NCBI GenBank assembly: GCA_963843145.1 | Contig: CAWJJC010000028.1 | Location: 64,001-128,000 of the forward strand | DNA: 64,000 nucleotides | Direction of reading: 5' to 3' | Source of the DNA: an uncultured delta proteobacterium | GTDB lineage: Bacteria > Desulfobacterota > RBG-13-43-22 | Part shown: positions 40,544 through 48,641 of the stretch, one piece after another | Position numbering within the stretch: the first letter of the stretch is position 1 | Layout: each line of letters opens with the position of its first letter | Translations under genes and position numbers: made by a program | The notes under the pieces: model-generated | Seen by the model: only the letters and a program-made list of their open reading frames with translations | What the model was told of the DNA's origin: nothing | Database searches by the model: none

Positions 40544-41194
40544 TTAAATCCAGCGGATCATTTGATCCACGTCGTCCCGATCGGATTTAAATTGGTTCAG
40601 GGGGGACTGGGGATCCCGGTAGCCTAAAGCAATCCCCAGGAGCATTTGTTTCTCCTCCGGGACGTTGAGCTGTTCTTTGATTTCTTCTTCATAGGCGTTG
40701 ATTAACCCTATCGGGCAGGTACCCAGGCCTTTGGCCTGAGCGGCCAGCAGGAAATAGCCCAGGGCCATCCCCACGCAGACCATCCGGGAAGCGGGGAAGA
40801 GACGGTCTAGAAAAACCAGCAGCACCGCCGGCGCTTCGTAAAAGCGGCAGCTCCCCTCGCCGATGAAGTGATTCAAATCCAGGGAAAGCTGTTCGGCGAC
40901 AGGTTTCATCCCGGCAAAAAGCCGGCGCTGGCGACCGATCCAGGGCTCCGGAAGAGGGCGAGACGTCCCGGCCCCGCAGGAAACTTGCTTTTCCCGGTGG
41001 GTCTGGAGAAGACGCTGGACCAGACGATCTCTTTCCCGGTCGGTGACCACTACGAATTCCCAGGGCTGGACATTGATGGCTGAGGGGGCTTTCCCGGCCC
41101 AGGAAAGCAGCTCCCGGATTAACTCCCTGGGAACGGGCTCGGGCAAAAAGACCCGGCAACTGGTGCGGTTTTCGATGGCTTGAAATAAGTCCAT
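40544..41194 (-). CDS. Nitroreductase family protein
   Basis: AIENRTSCRVF, APSAINVQPW, LAAQAKGLGTC, IALGY. Confidence 0.92.
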   Translation of the reverse strand: MDLFQAIENRTSCRVFLPEPVPRELIRELLSWAGKAPSAINVQPWEFVVVTDRERDRLVQRLLQTHREKQVSCGAGTSRPLPEPWIGRQRRLFAGMKPVAEQLSLDLNHFIGEGSCRFYEAPAVLLVFLDRLFPASRMVCVGMALGYFLLAAQAKGLGTCPIGLINAYEEEIKEQLNVPEEKQMLLGIALGYRDPQSPLNQFKSDRDDVDQMIRWI

Positions 41195-41855
41195 AAGGCC
41201 AAGTTCCTTTCGAAAACTAATTTAAAAAATACTAACTGAACGCTCGGCGATGTCAAGAGAATAGACCTGTTTAATACGAAAATAGAACTCGGCACCACTC
41301 GGGCATTCATCAATAATTAATAATGAACAATTGATTATTAATTATTAATGTCAAAAACTTAGGCTTATGTCTGCCCCTTATTTTCATGCTTCGGGGTGCC
41401 CGCCCCGGGCATGGGGGTTAGTATGAAAATAGAATTGATCACCGCTTTTTAGGCGTTTTGTTTTTGCCGTCATCCCGGACTCGATCCGGGATCCAGGTGA
41501 CCCAGGACCTTCACTGCCCTGGATTCCGGCTTTCGCCGGAATGACGGTTATAGGGCACATACCAAAGGTCGTCACCCCGGCGAAAGCCGGGGTCCGGACA
41601 TCAAGCATGGATGAAGCAGAAGGTTGTTCCAATAATGAGTTATTCGTGGGGGCGGCGACCCCGTCACGCCTAAGGCGTGACCGGATTTGGCCACCGTCGC
41701 CGTCGCCTTACCTTGGATGTGCAGGAAACCTTATCCTTCACCCAGCCGGCCGGCGGGGTCGCCGGCCCTACGAAAAACGAAAACTTGGGACATTTTCATG
41801 CTTCGGGGTATCCGTCCAGGGCATGGGGGAGGTATTAAGCAAAATGAGAGACCAA

Positions 41856-42442
41856 ATGAATCGTGTTCTTTTCTTAGACCGGGACGGGGTGATTTGCCGG
41901 GATCGGGCGGATTACGTCAAAAGCTGGGAGGAATTCCGGTTTATTCCCGGGGTCAAGGGGGCCTTGCGCGCAACTTGCGGGAGGCCGGAATACCCGTGCT
42001 GATCATCACCAACCAATCGGTGATCAACCGGGGGATCCTCACCCGGGAGGCCTTGGATAGCCTGCACGGCAAGATGATCCGGGAAGTCGCCCGGGCCGGG
42101 GGAGAAATAGCCGGGATCTATTATTGCCCGCACCGTCCGGATGAAGGCTGCGAGTGCCGCAAGCCCGGGACCGCCCTGTTGAAACAGGCCGCCCGGGAGC
42201 GCCGTTTGAATTTAAAAAAATGCGTCTTCGTGGGCGATACCCTGAAGGACCTGGAGGCGGGAAAAGGGGTGGGCTGCCGAACCATATTGGTTCAAACGGG
42301 GCAAGGCCGCGAAACATTGAAGAAGATATTCCAAACGGACCGTCCCGGCAGCAACTTCTTTATTGCCGGGGATTTGTTCCGAAGCGTTGATCTGATCATT
42401 CGATTGATGAATTCTGCCTTCACATACACACCAGGAGAATGA
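41856..42442 (+). pseudogene. gmhB: D-glycero-D-manno-heptose 1,7-bisphosphate phosphatase; frameshift near 41965 (likely sequencing error)
   Basis: FLDRDGVI in one frame; ITNQS, YCPH...CECRKP and FVGD in another. Confidence 0.85.
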
Positions 42443-42613
42443 AGCAACTAGTTACCATGGTGAGGGATTGCTTCACTCCGGATCAAGAAATCCGGGGTCG
42501 CAATGACAGGTTTTTGGACTTTTTGCCAACAGTTCAAGAATAAGGGGCTTGATAAAAATTGGAAAATTATTATGAGAAAAGGGTCGGAGGAAAGGGAAGG
42601 GGGGGCAAATAAA

Positions 42614-42645
42614 AAAGTGCCCGGGGAAGATTCCCCGGGCACTTT
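42614..42645 (-). terminator. Intrinsic terminator after the pilin gene (possibly bidirectional)
   Basis: AAAGTGCCCGGGGAA-GA-TTCCCCGGGCACTTT, with a U-tract on the minus strand. Confidence 0.85.
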
Positions 42646-42656
42646 GGATGGTTTTT

Positions 42657-43067
42657 TTATAAGGGCTTAATTACCCCGCCGACTGGCAACACCGTTCCAT
42701 CGGCGTTGATTTGATACGTATCGGCGGTCGCCTTCGCATTGACGGCCGTGACAATCCCTGCCGCCGTAACCGCGACAGTATCTCCCGGGCTGGCCCTGCT
42801 GGCCGAAGTATAGACTCCATAAGGCGCGCCGTTCGTGCTGGTATCGCCTACCAGGACGCCGCCCGGATTATCGGCGATACAGGCCTGAACCGCGGTGTAG
42901 AGATTCTTGGCATCAGATTTCATTGAGGCGATATAGGCTCTGCTCCGGTACTGGTTATACTGCGGAATGGCAATGGCGGCCAGAATGCCAATGATGGCGA
43001 CTACCACCAAAAGTTCCACCAGGGTAAAACCTTTTTGATTCCTCTTCTTGTTTAATTGCTTGATCAT
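42657..43067 (-). CDS. pilA: Type IV major pilin
   Basis: Prepilin cleavage site KG|FTLVELLVVVAIIGILAAIAIPQY, strong RBS, sigma54 promoter and its own terminator. Confidence 0.9.
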   Translation of the reverse strand: MIKQLNKKRNQKGFTLVELLVVVAIIGILAAIAIPQYNQYRSRAYIASMKSDAKNLYTAVQACIADNPGGVLVGDTSTNGAPYGVYTSASRASPGDTVAVTAAGIVTAVNAKATADTYQINADGTVLPVGGVIKPL

Positions 43068-43274
43068 TTTTTGTTCCTCCTTAGAATGGTTTTTTATTGT
43101 TTTATCGGTTTATTTTTTTAAGACTTTAAGGGCTACCAATGCTTACCAATTAAAGTGACCCTGTCCCCAACCCGATGGATCTGAACGCGCTGCCTGTTTC
43201 CCTCACCCCTTTCTATCATTTGGTTTTGCAATTTATCTATTAGGTATTAGACCGTTGCTTGTTGCCTTTCGTAA

Positions 43275-43292
43275 ATGCAAGACCAATACCAA
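43275..43292 (-). promoter_or_regulatory. Sigma54 (-24/-12) promoter of the pilin gene
   Basis: The minus strand reads TTGGTATTGGTCTTGCAT (GG-N10-GC). Confidence 0.75.
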
Positions 43293-43330
43293 CTTGGGCC
43301 GGCAGTCTAAAAAAATAAGATTTGTATTTA

Positions 43331-43343
43331 TATCAATTAGTTA
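43331..43343. promoter_or_regulatory. IHF binding site upstream of the pilin sigma54 promoter
   Basis: TATCAA-TTAG-TTA matches WATCAANNNNTTR, about 40 nt upstream of the -24 element. Confidence 0.6.
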
Positions 43344-43431
43344 AAATAACGGAAGGATTGGCCCCGGGGGCCGGAAGGGATGAGGACGCAAAAAGTTGAC
43401 GAGGGGCTGCCAATTTTTGGTGGGAAAGAAC

Positions 43432-45372
43432 TTACCAGCTTCCTCCGCCTCCTCCGCCAAAACCGCCGCCGGAGGAACCGCCGCCGAAACCACCTCCGGA
43501 ACCGCTTCCCCGGGGAGCTGAAATCAGGGCCGTGGTCATGGCAGCATTAGCCTGATTGATGGAATGAGAGAAGCTGGAGGTACTAAAGGTATGAAAACCA
43601 TCGGGGGAAGAATACCAGTCAGGGGGCTCCTGGTAGATACCTTTAAAGGCCCGGGCCCAGTTATCCACCACTCCCAGGGCCAGGGCGTAAGGGAGGTAGC
43701 GGGAGAAGAGGTGGGGGTCGGCCATTCGTTCCAGCCGGTCTTTTTCCGCCCGGCTCAAGAATTCCTGGAATCCTAAGGACTCCAGGCGAGTCCGGGCGCC
43801 CAAAATGGTTTTGACCGGCATAAAACGTGAGAAAAAGTAGAGCGGTAGTCCGCTCAGAGAAAAAGCCACAAAGGGTTTCCAAGAGGAATCCCAGGCCGCC
43901 ATCCCGGCCAGACCCAGCCCGATAACGACCAGGCCCGTATAACGATAACGGAGGCGGACCGTTTCCGGGCTTTGCAGGAAATATTTTTTCGCCACCAGAT
44001 CATTGAACAATTGATCCCGGAGAGGTTTCAAATGGGTATAAAATTTATTTTTAAGATCTGAAATCAGAATTTTTGGCCCGGAGGCGAACAGCCGGTCGAG
44101 CAGTTCCCTCTCGAAAGGACTCAGGGAGGAATCCGCCATCTTTAACCGGGACAAATCGTAATCGGTAGTGTCGAAGATCCAGCCCTCTTTTTTTATTTCC
44201 TCGACCTGAATGAACCCTTTGACCGCCAGTCCGATGAGGGAAGCGGTCAGATCGCGGGAGTCCACCTTCTCGTCTACCAGCGCCCCGATCTCCCCGGGAT
44301 TGAGGCTCTGTTCATTCGATTTCGGGGGTTGGTACTGGACCACCAGGGATTCCCGGACTTGGGGGTCACGCCCCCGGACAGCCCAGTGCCGGACCATGAA
44401 CAGGGTCATTAAGATCGGGAAGAAAAAGACCCAGTTCTCCCGAAAATTCAAAACCCAGGAAAACCGGCGCCAGGCGGAGGGCGGCGTCACCATTCCTTTG
44501 TCCCAGCCTAGGACGATGGTCAATCCTTCCCCGATATCGAGATTTTTTTTGGTAAAAAAGGCAGCGCCCCTCTGCAGCGGTTCCTGCCCGCAGACCGCCT
44601 CCCGTGACCCCGGGGGGCCGGTGTAACAGGCGGTACGAAAGGCACCCCCCTTCTTTTGTCCCATAACCAACACATTGGCGGCCGCCTCACGAATCGGGGC
44701 CGGCCATCCGTTTCCGGTTACGTTCCAGTAAAATTCGTCATGGTCCTCGAAATAGAGGAGTACATTCTCCACCCGGTAGGTGATGACGTAAGTTTGCCGC
44801 CCCTCCACGAATCTTTTTGGATCTCCGATCCGGATATGGACCATCGGGCCTTGTTTATCAATCTTATACTCCCAGGGACCCTGACTTTTATTGGTGACGG
44901 AAAGTATCCGGAGCGGCGTTTCCAGTGATTGGCCCTGGTCATCCCGGTAACGGTAGGGAATGTCCCGGTAGATCCCATGGCGGGGACGGTGGAATTCCAC
45001 CTCGATGGTTTCTTTAACATTTACCGAAGAGTCGGCCTCGATGAGTATGTCGGAGAAGAAACGGGTGATGGTAAAATCGGGAGGGCTAAGAGAAGGGGTT
45101 CGTCTTTTTAGCAGCTCGTCGATCCGGGGAAAATCATCCGTCCGTCCTTGCGGCCCGGCGGCAAAAGCGCTGCCGGCCAAAAGGGAAAATAGTAATCCTA
45201 TCCCGAGGAGAAGCATTAAGATAGGCCAATAATTGTTTTTCCCGTCATCCCGGACTGATCCGGATCCAGGACATTTCAGGCTTAATCGACCCTGGATTCC
45301 GGATCTCGCTTCGCTTGTCCGGAATGACGAGCTAATTTTTAAGCTTAAAAACAAATTTCTCGAAATGTTCAT
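43432..45372 (-). CDS. DUF2207 family membrane protein (start at 45372 or 45216)
   Basis: HGIYRDIP, DEFYWNVTGNGW, YLPYALALGV and a C-terminal GGGFGGGGGGSW; located downstream of lemA. Confidence 0.88.
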   Translation of the reverse strand: MNISRNLFLSLKISSSFRTSEARSGIQGRLSLKCPGSGSVRDDGKNNYWPILMLLLGIGLLFSLLAGSAFAAGPQGRTDDFPRIDELLKRRTPSLSPPDFTITRFFSDILIEADSSVNVKETIEVEFHRPRHGIYRDIPYRYRDDQGQSLETPLRILSVTNKSQGPWEYKIDKQGPMVHIRIGDPKRFVEGRQTYVITYRVENVLLYFEDHDEFYWNVTGNGWPAPIREAAANVLVMGQKKGGAFRTACYTGPPGSREAVCGQEPLQRGAAFFTKKNLDIGEGLTIVLGWDKGMVTPPSAWRRFSWVLNFRENWVFFFPILMTLFMVRHWAVRGRDPQVRESLVVQYQPPKSNEQSLNPGEIGALVDEKVDSRDLTASLIGLAVKGFIQVEEIKKEGWIFDTTDYDLSRLKMADSSLSPFERELLDRLFASGPKILISDLKNKFYTHLKPLRDQLFNDLVAKKYFLQSPETVRLRYRYTGLVVIGLGLAGMAAWDSSWKPFVAFSLSGLPLYFFSRFMPVKTILGARTRLESLGFQEFLSRAEKDRLERMADPHLFSRYLPYALALGVVDNWARAFKGIYQEPPDWYSSPDGFHTFSTSSFSHSINQANAAMTTALISAPRGSGSGGGFGGGSSGGGFGGGGGGSW

Positions 45373-45378
45373 GCTTGG

Positions 45379-45939
45379 TTACGAAAAGCTGACTTTCACC
45401 GGTTGACGTTCCGTTTCCGGCGACTGCAATTCAAAAAAGTCCGATTTTTCAAACTTGAATCCGGAGGCGACGAGGTTGGAAGGAAAAGACTCAATCAGGA
45501 TGTTGTAATCCCGAACGACGGCATTGTAGTAACGCCGGGCATTCTCAATATCGCCTTCCAGGGATTGAAGCTGGGACTGCAACTGGGTAAAATTGGCATT
45601 GGCCTTCAGGTCCGGGTAGGCCTCGGCCAGGGCAAAGAGGGTTTTAAGTGTGGCCTGGAACTGGGTTTCAGCCAAAGCTTTTTCAGCCGGGCCGGCGGTC
45701 TGCATAGCCTGGGAGCGGGCTTCCGTCACTTTTTGAAAGACCGATTTCTCATGGGCGGCGTATCCTTTAACGGTTTCAATCAGGTTCGGCACCAGGTCGT
45801 ACCGTTTTTTTAACTGGACATCCACATCCGACCAGGACGATTGGACGGTGTTTTTGAGCCGGATCAACTTATTGTAGATCACAATTATGGAAAGGACGAT
45901 TAGACCTGAAAGGGCCAGGACCACTACCAGGGATAACAT
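45379..45939 (-). CDS. lemA: LemA family protein
   Basis: WSDVDVQLKKRYDLVPNL, AEAYPDLKAN, ARRYYNAVV, FPSNLVA. Confidence 0.95.
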   Translation of the reverse strand: MLSLVVVLALSGLIVLSIIVIYNKLIRLKNTVQSSWSDVDVQLKKRYDLVPNLIETVKGYAAHEKSVFQKVTEARSQAMQTAGPAEKALAETQFQATLKTLFALAEAYPDLKANANFTQLQSQLQSLEGDIENARRYYNAVVRDYNILIESFPSNLVASGFKFEKSDFFELQSPETERQPVKVSFS

Positions 45940-46157
45940 GGGCACCTCCTTTTCACCGGTATTCGTGAATATACTTCCCAGTTATTTTAATTCTCGTCAA
46001 TCATTTTATCCAACGGCGATTCCAAAATATAGACAATATTTCATTAAAAATCGGAAATATTCCAAAAAATAGAAAAATAGCCCTTCCCGGAATACTCGTC
46101 TGAATCCGCCAATTTGATAAGATACCGATTTAGTTATAATTATTTATTATTGCCCAT

Positions 46158-46175
46158 TTGGCATAGTGATTGCTT
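46158..46175 (+). promoter_or_regulatory. Sigma54 (-24/-12) promoter
   Basis: TTGGCATAGTGATTGCTT, close to the TGGCAC-N5-TTGC consensus. Confidence 0.75.
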
Positions 46176-46258
46176 ACTGTATGATCAAAACACAAAATGT
46201 TCATAGCGCTTCACGGCTCATGAAATAGTTTAATTTAGAGGAAAGGAGGTGGAAATCT

Positions 46259-46549
46259 ATGAAAAAGTTATTCGCTTTAATGACGGTATTGGCATTTGCT
46301 TTGACTTTCTCGATGGCTGCTTTCGCCGCCGATAAGGCTGCTGAGAAAATGGCTCCGCCCGCCGCCGCTCCCGCTATTGCTGGTGAAAAGACGGCTGCCG
46401 AGCCCAAGGCTGAAGGAGAAATGAAGGCCCCGGCCAAGAAGAAGAAGGCCACTGCCAAAAAGAAGGTTACGAAGAAGGTCAAGAAGGCGGCTGAAAAGCC
46501 TGCTGCCGAGCCTAAGGCTGACGAGAAAGCCCCGGTGGAAAAGAAGTAA
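46259..46549 (+). CDS. Small secreted Ala/Lys/Pro/Glu-rich low-complexity protein
   Basis: Strong RBS AAGGAGGT, signal peptide ending AFA, a basic KKKKATAKKKVTKK tract and its own terminator. Confidence 0.8.
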   Translation: MKKLFALMTVLAFALTFSMAAFAADKAAEKMAPPAAAPAIAGEKTAAEPKAEGEMKAPAKKKKATAKKKVTKKVKKAAEKPAAEPKADEKAPVEKK

Positions 46550-46568
46550 TTCCTTTCCTCAGGTATTT

Positions 46569-46610
46569 AATAAAAAAGGGTGGATATTTATGTATCCACC
46601 CTTTTTTATT
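46569..46610 (+). terminator. Intrinsic terminator
   Basis: AATAAAAAAGGGTGGATA-TTTATG-TATCCACCCTTTTTTATT. Confidence 0.9.
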
Positions 46611-46875
46611 ATTAACGGTCTCTTAATTGTATTTACAGGTAATTTCACGTCATCCCCGAATGTCTTTATCGGGGATCCAGTGTTCCCTGAGAAAAGCCTG
46701 GATTCCCGCTCAGAAGCGCTGCGGGACGCGCTACTATGATTTGGAATGGGTTTGTTCCTCGGTCTGGACGGCGGGGTCGCCGACCCTACGAAAGACTCGA
46801 CCCTCTGACCCCTGGCGAGATTCTTCGTCCCTTCGCTCCTCGGAATGGCCTGTTGATCGGGCCTGCGGTTTTACC

Positions 46876-47141
46876 TTGACATCTACTCAAGCTTGTTGTA
46901 TTTTAGAAAATTAATAAATCAGTTCTTGCCTAAAGCTCCGGAAGCCTAACCCGTCAGCCTTTAGCCTTTGGCGCACTTCGCAAGACCAAGTGGAACAGCA
47001 GAGCCTGAACGGCGGCTTCACCGGCAATCCCTCCGTTTTTCTTTTTTAAAGTCCCACGACTTCCAAATGAACCAGCCGGATTAATCCCTCGGGCCGGACC
47101 TGCCTGTTCAGGTCAAGATTGCCCGTGGAAAAAGGAGAATT
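46876..47141 (+). promoter_or_regulatory. Sigma70 promoter and ~230-nt structured 5' leader of the DEAD-box helicase
   Basis: TTGACA-17nt-TATTTT (46876-46904); nested complementary segments at 46927-47027 followed by a U-rich tract. Confidence 0.45.
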
Positions 47142-48416
47142 ATGTCATTTACAGCTTTTGAACTTAATCCTAACCTATTGAAAGCCGTTGCGAAAAAAGG
47201 ATTCGAGCAGCCTACCCCGATCCAGCGGCTGGCCATCCCCCCACTGCTCCAAGGCCGGGATATCATGGCTACGGCGGTGACCGGAAGCGGCAAAACCGCC
47301 GCCTTCCTGCTCCCCATCCTCCACCAACTGATCGGGCAGCCCCGGGGGAAAACCAGGGTTTTGGTCCTGGTCCCCACTCGGGAACTGGCCGTGCAGATAA
47401 CGGATCACCTGCAGGACCTGGCCCGCTATACTTCGCTTAAGGCCATGGCGGTTTACGGGGGTGTCTCTCCCGTTCCGCAGGTACAAGCTTTTCGCCGGAA
47501 GGTGGATGCCATTATCGCCACCCCCGGCCGGCTCCTGGACCATATGCGGAGTGACTACGCCCGCCTTGACGGTATTACCCATCTGGTGCTGGACGAGGCG
47601 GACCGGATGCTCGATATGGGCTTTCTGCCCGATATTCGGCGTATCCTCGCAGGCCTCCCGGTAAAGAGGCAGACCCTTTTCTTTTCAGCCACCCTGCCGC
47701 CACCTATAGTAACCCTGGCCCGGGAGATGCTGAAGGATCCGGTTTCTCTAAACATCACCCCGAAACCCATGTCGGCGGCCGGGATTACCCAAGTGGCCTA
47801 CACTATACCTCAGGAAATGAAATCGAACCTCCTGCTGGCCCTCCTGAAGCAGGACCAGCCGAAGAGCGTCCTGGCCTTTACCCGGACCAAGCACCGGGCC
47901 AATCGTCTGGCCGACTTCCTGGAAAAAAAAGGAGTACGTTGCGGCCGGATTCACGGCAACCGTAGCCAGGGTCAACGGACCGAAGCCCTGGCCGGCTTCA
48001 AGGCGGGCCGCTTCCAGGTCCTGGTGGCCACGGACATCGCGGCCCGGGGCATTGACGTGGAAGCCATCGGGCTGGTCTGCAACTTTGACGTGCCGGGACA
48101 GGCGGAAGACTATGTGCATCGGGTCGGCCGGACCGGGCGGGCCAACGCCACCGGCGATGCCTGCACCCTCGTTGCGCCGGACGAAGAGAGAATGTTCCGG
48201 TCCATCGAGCAGATCCTTGGCCGGCGTTTGCCTCGCAAAACGGTCCCGGGATTCGATTATGAGAAAAGAATCGCCCACAAAACAGTCCCGAGTTTCGAGT
48301 ATGAAAAGAAATCTTTCGGAAGGAAGCCCGGTTTTATGGGTAAGGGGACCAATAAATTCGAAATAAGAAACACGAAATCGACTCGGCCGAGCCTTTCGGT
48401 AAACTCAAGGCCCTGA
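47142..48416 (+). CDS. DEAD-box RNA helicase, RhlE-like
   Basis: PTPIQ, TGSGKT, PTRELA, TPGRL, DEAD, SAT, HRVGRTGR. Confidence 0.95.
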   Translation: MSFTAFELNPNLLKAVAKKGFEQPTPIQRLAIPPLLQGRDIMATAVTGSGKTAAFLLPILHQLIGQPRGKTRVLVLVPTRELAVQITDHLQDLARYTSLKAMAVYGGVSPVPQVQAFRRKVDAIIATPGRLLDHMRSDYARLDGITHLVLDEADRMLDMGFLPDIRRILAGLPVKRQTLFFSATLPPPIVTLAREMLKDPVSLNITPKPMSAAGITQVAYTIPQEMKSNLLLALLKQDQPKSVLAFTRTKHRANRLADFLEKKGVRCGRIHGNRSQGQRTEALAGFKAGRFQVLVATDIAARGIDVEAIGLVCNFDVPGQAEDYVHRVGRTGRANATGDACTLVAPDEERMFRSIEQILGRRLPRKTVPGFDYEKRIAHKTVPSFEYEKKSFGRKPGFMGKGTNKFEIRNTKSTRPSLSVNSRP

Positions 48417-48572
48417 GCGACTCGACTGAGCCTTTCGGCTAGCTCAAGGCCCTGAGTCAATCGAAGGGCTCGCCGAAGTCTTGTCGAAGGGCTCGTCGCA
48501 GGCCTAAACAAGAACGTTTGGATTTTGAAATTTGACCAGTTAAGTTTGTTCCCCGGCCCAGATTTGGGGATT
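48352..48572. repeat. Heptamer palindrome interrupted by tandem CTCAAGGCCCTGAG/TCGAAGGGCTCG units
   Basis: 48421-48480 is the near reverse complement of the insert inside the 40070 and 61318 repeats; the flanks match the 35521-35656 family. Confidence 0.75.
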
Positions 48573-48641
48573 TAAGACAGCTAGAAGAAAGGCCAGGGTT
48601 CCCGGGCCGAAGGTGCGCCAATGAACCCTGGCCTTTTGCTA

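Noticed and set aside
41384-41855. ORFs 41384..41632, the 5' parts of 41541..42002 and 41687..42442, and similar ORFs at 40306-40590 and 46627-46914
   Set aside because: These are translations of stacked palindromic repeats, with no RBS or domain signal.
42657-43067. Electrically conductive (e-pilin) call
   Set aside because: By my count the ~123-aa mature pilin has about 8 aromatic residues, with long aromatic-free gaps and Cys at position 51. This does not fit the proposed e-pilin pattern.
43350-43420. GACGCAAA as part of a c-di-GMP riboswitch near the pilin gene
   Set aside because: It is on the wrong strand, lies upstream of the promoter, and lacks the rest of the motif.
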